Source of the DNA: Setoptus koraiensis | Lineage: Eukaryota; Animalia; Arthropoda | DNA: 64,000 bases | Assembly: GCA_048013815.1 (NCBI GenBank) | Contig: CM106585.1 | Location: 22,940,001-23,004,000, forward strand | Reading direction: 5' to 3' | Shown here: positions 63,027 to 64,000 of the stretch, piece after piece | How positions within the stretch are numbered: the first letter of the stretch is position 1 | Layout: the number at the start of each line of letters is the position of its first letter | Translations under genes and position numbers: made by a program | The notes under the pieces: model-generated | The model's input: the letters and a program-made list of their open reading frames with translations, nothing else | Databases searched by the model: none | Told to the model about the DNA's origin: nothing

Positions 63027-63780
63027 CCTGAAGATCCACCTAAATTATTGTAAGCTAATGTAGATGTGAATTGCCGATCCAGTTGCATGTCAACATACCA
63101 TATAAGCTGGATTTCAAACACGCAAAAACACCAACAACGTGTCCAACTCTGTCTCTATTATATGTGCAAATTTCGAAACGAACAATAGATCCAACGTGAG
63201 CACAGATCGTACTTCAGCCCAAACTATATGGATCTCAATGAACAACCGGATCGCACGCTCTTCACAGACATTAAACCCAGCTCAAGCGGCGCACAGATTT
63301 CTGCCGAACGTTCTGTGCTCTGGTGTTTCTGTTCGTGACTCAAGCAGCTTGCAGTTTTCGCTCAATGCATTGTATAGGACGGTATTGGATAGACAGCTTA
63401 GGCAGTATATATTGATATTTATAGGTTTTCGCGTGTCAATGCTACTGAGTCTCTCCACTATAACTGATTCACTCTATGACACTTTTATTTCTTCATTTTA
63501 TCTCTACAGTCTATTCTGATCCCTTGTTGGGGATGACTTAACTAGAGCGACAACAAGTTGCCAACTCAATATCTTTGAATGCATACACGCTCTAGCGGTG
63601 GTTACATATCAAGAGATTCGTCCATGTTGTTCGTGCTTCTTCTGAATATATCAACACTGATTAGGCTTGATCTTTACTTTGGTGGTTATGCGTATATCAT
63701 TCATGATGATTAACTGGCTCAGAAGTAGAGAGTAGATGGTACTTAGATCATTCATGAATAAGATTGATTGAATGAGAGTG
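63027..63780 (-). pseudogene. Probable disrupted 5' portion of NOC4L
   Basis: LAYNNLGG (compare NOC4L T.AYD.GG) lies in a different frame from the downstream ORF. Upstream, weakly NOC4L-like peptides are interrupted by several stops. No intron solution was found by eye. Confidence 0.45.
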
Positions 63781-64000
63781 AACCTGTTACTTGTTATGAT
63801 AGATTCGGATAGAGTCAAACAGTCGTGCCACAGACTTGAAAGTGGATATTGTCACGTTATTGTAATCAAAAGACAGGGTTGCTTATTTGGTTGAAGTTTA
63901 GCTAAAACACCTTTAGCTAACTGGTATCCTGTGGAAATGGTTACACAATCTATGTTAGAGGGGAGCTTACCTGAGGGAGATGGTCACAATGCGCAAACCA

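Overview
A compact, gene-dense and very intron-poor animal genomic window. It is arthropod-like; an acariform, possibly eriophyoid, mite is my inference from gene style, not something I can confirm. Positions 1-4.1 kb hold repeats and MITEs, followed by an N gap of about 500 bp. A 7.6 kb Ty3/gypsy LTR retrotransposon (4628-12196, minus strand) has intact gag and pol. It carries a retrovirus-like dual RNase H (inactivated native RH plus an RNase H1-like domain), a UUUAAAC -1 frameshift site with a predicted H-type pseudoknot, a tRNAiMet PBS with apparent extended primer complementarity, and a pol ORF that reads through the PPT into the 3' LTR. Housekeeping genes follow: UTP4, SLC41A, MRG15, SKIV2L, PHM, CDK9, CCT8, MAEA, OXA1L, SPCS2, SMC5, POLRMT and a stand-alone RdgB-type PITP. 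There are also two orphan low-complexity ORFs, a TTC5-like pseudogene and a 5'-disrupted NOC4L. Two V-ATPase a-subunit genes form an apparently perfect 2.5 kb inverted repeat around a 10.2 kb four-gene segment, while their co-duplicated flanks (including a decayed POLRMT tail) have diverged. This points to gene conversion and possibly an invertible segment. All alignments and counts were done by eye.
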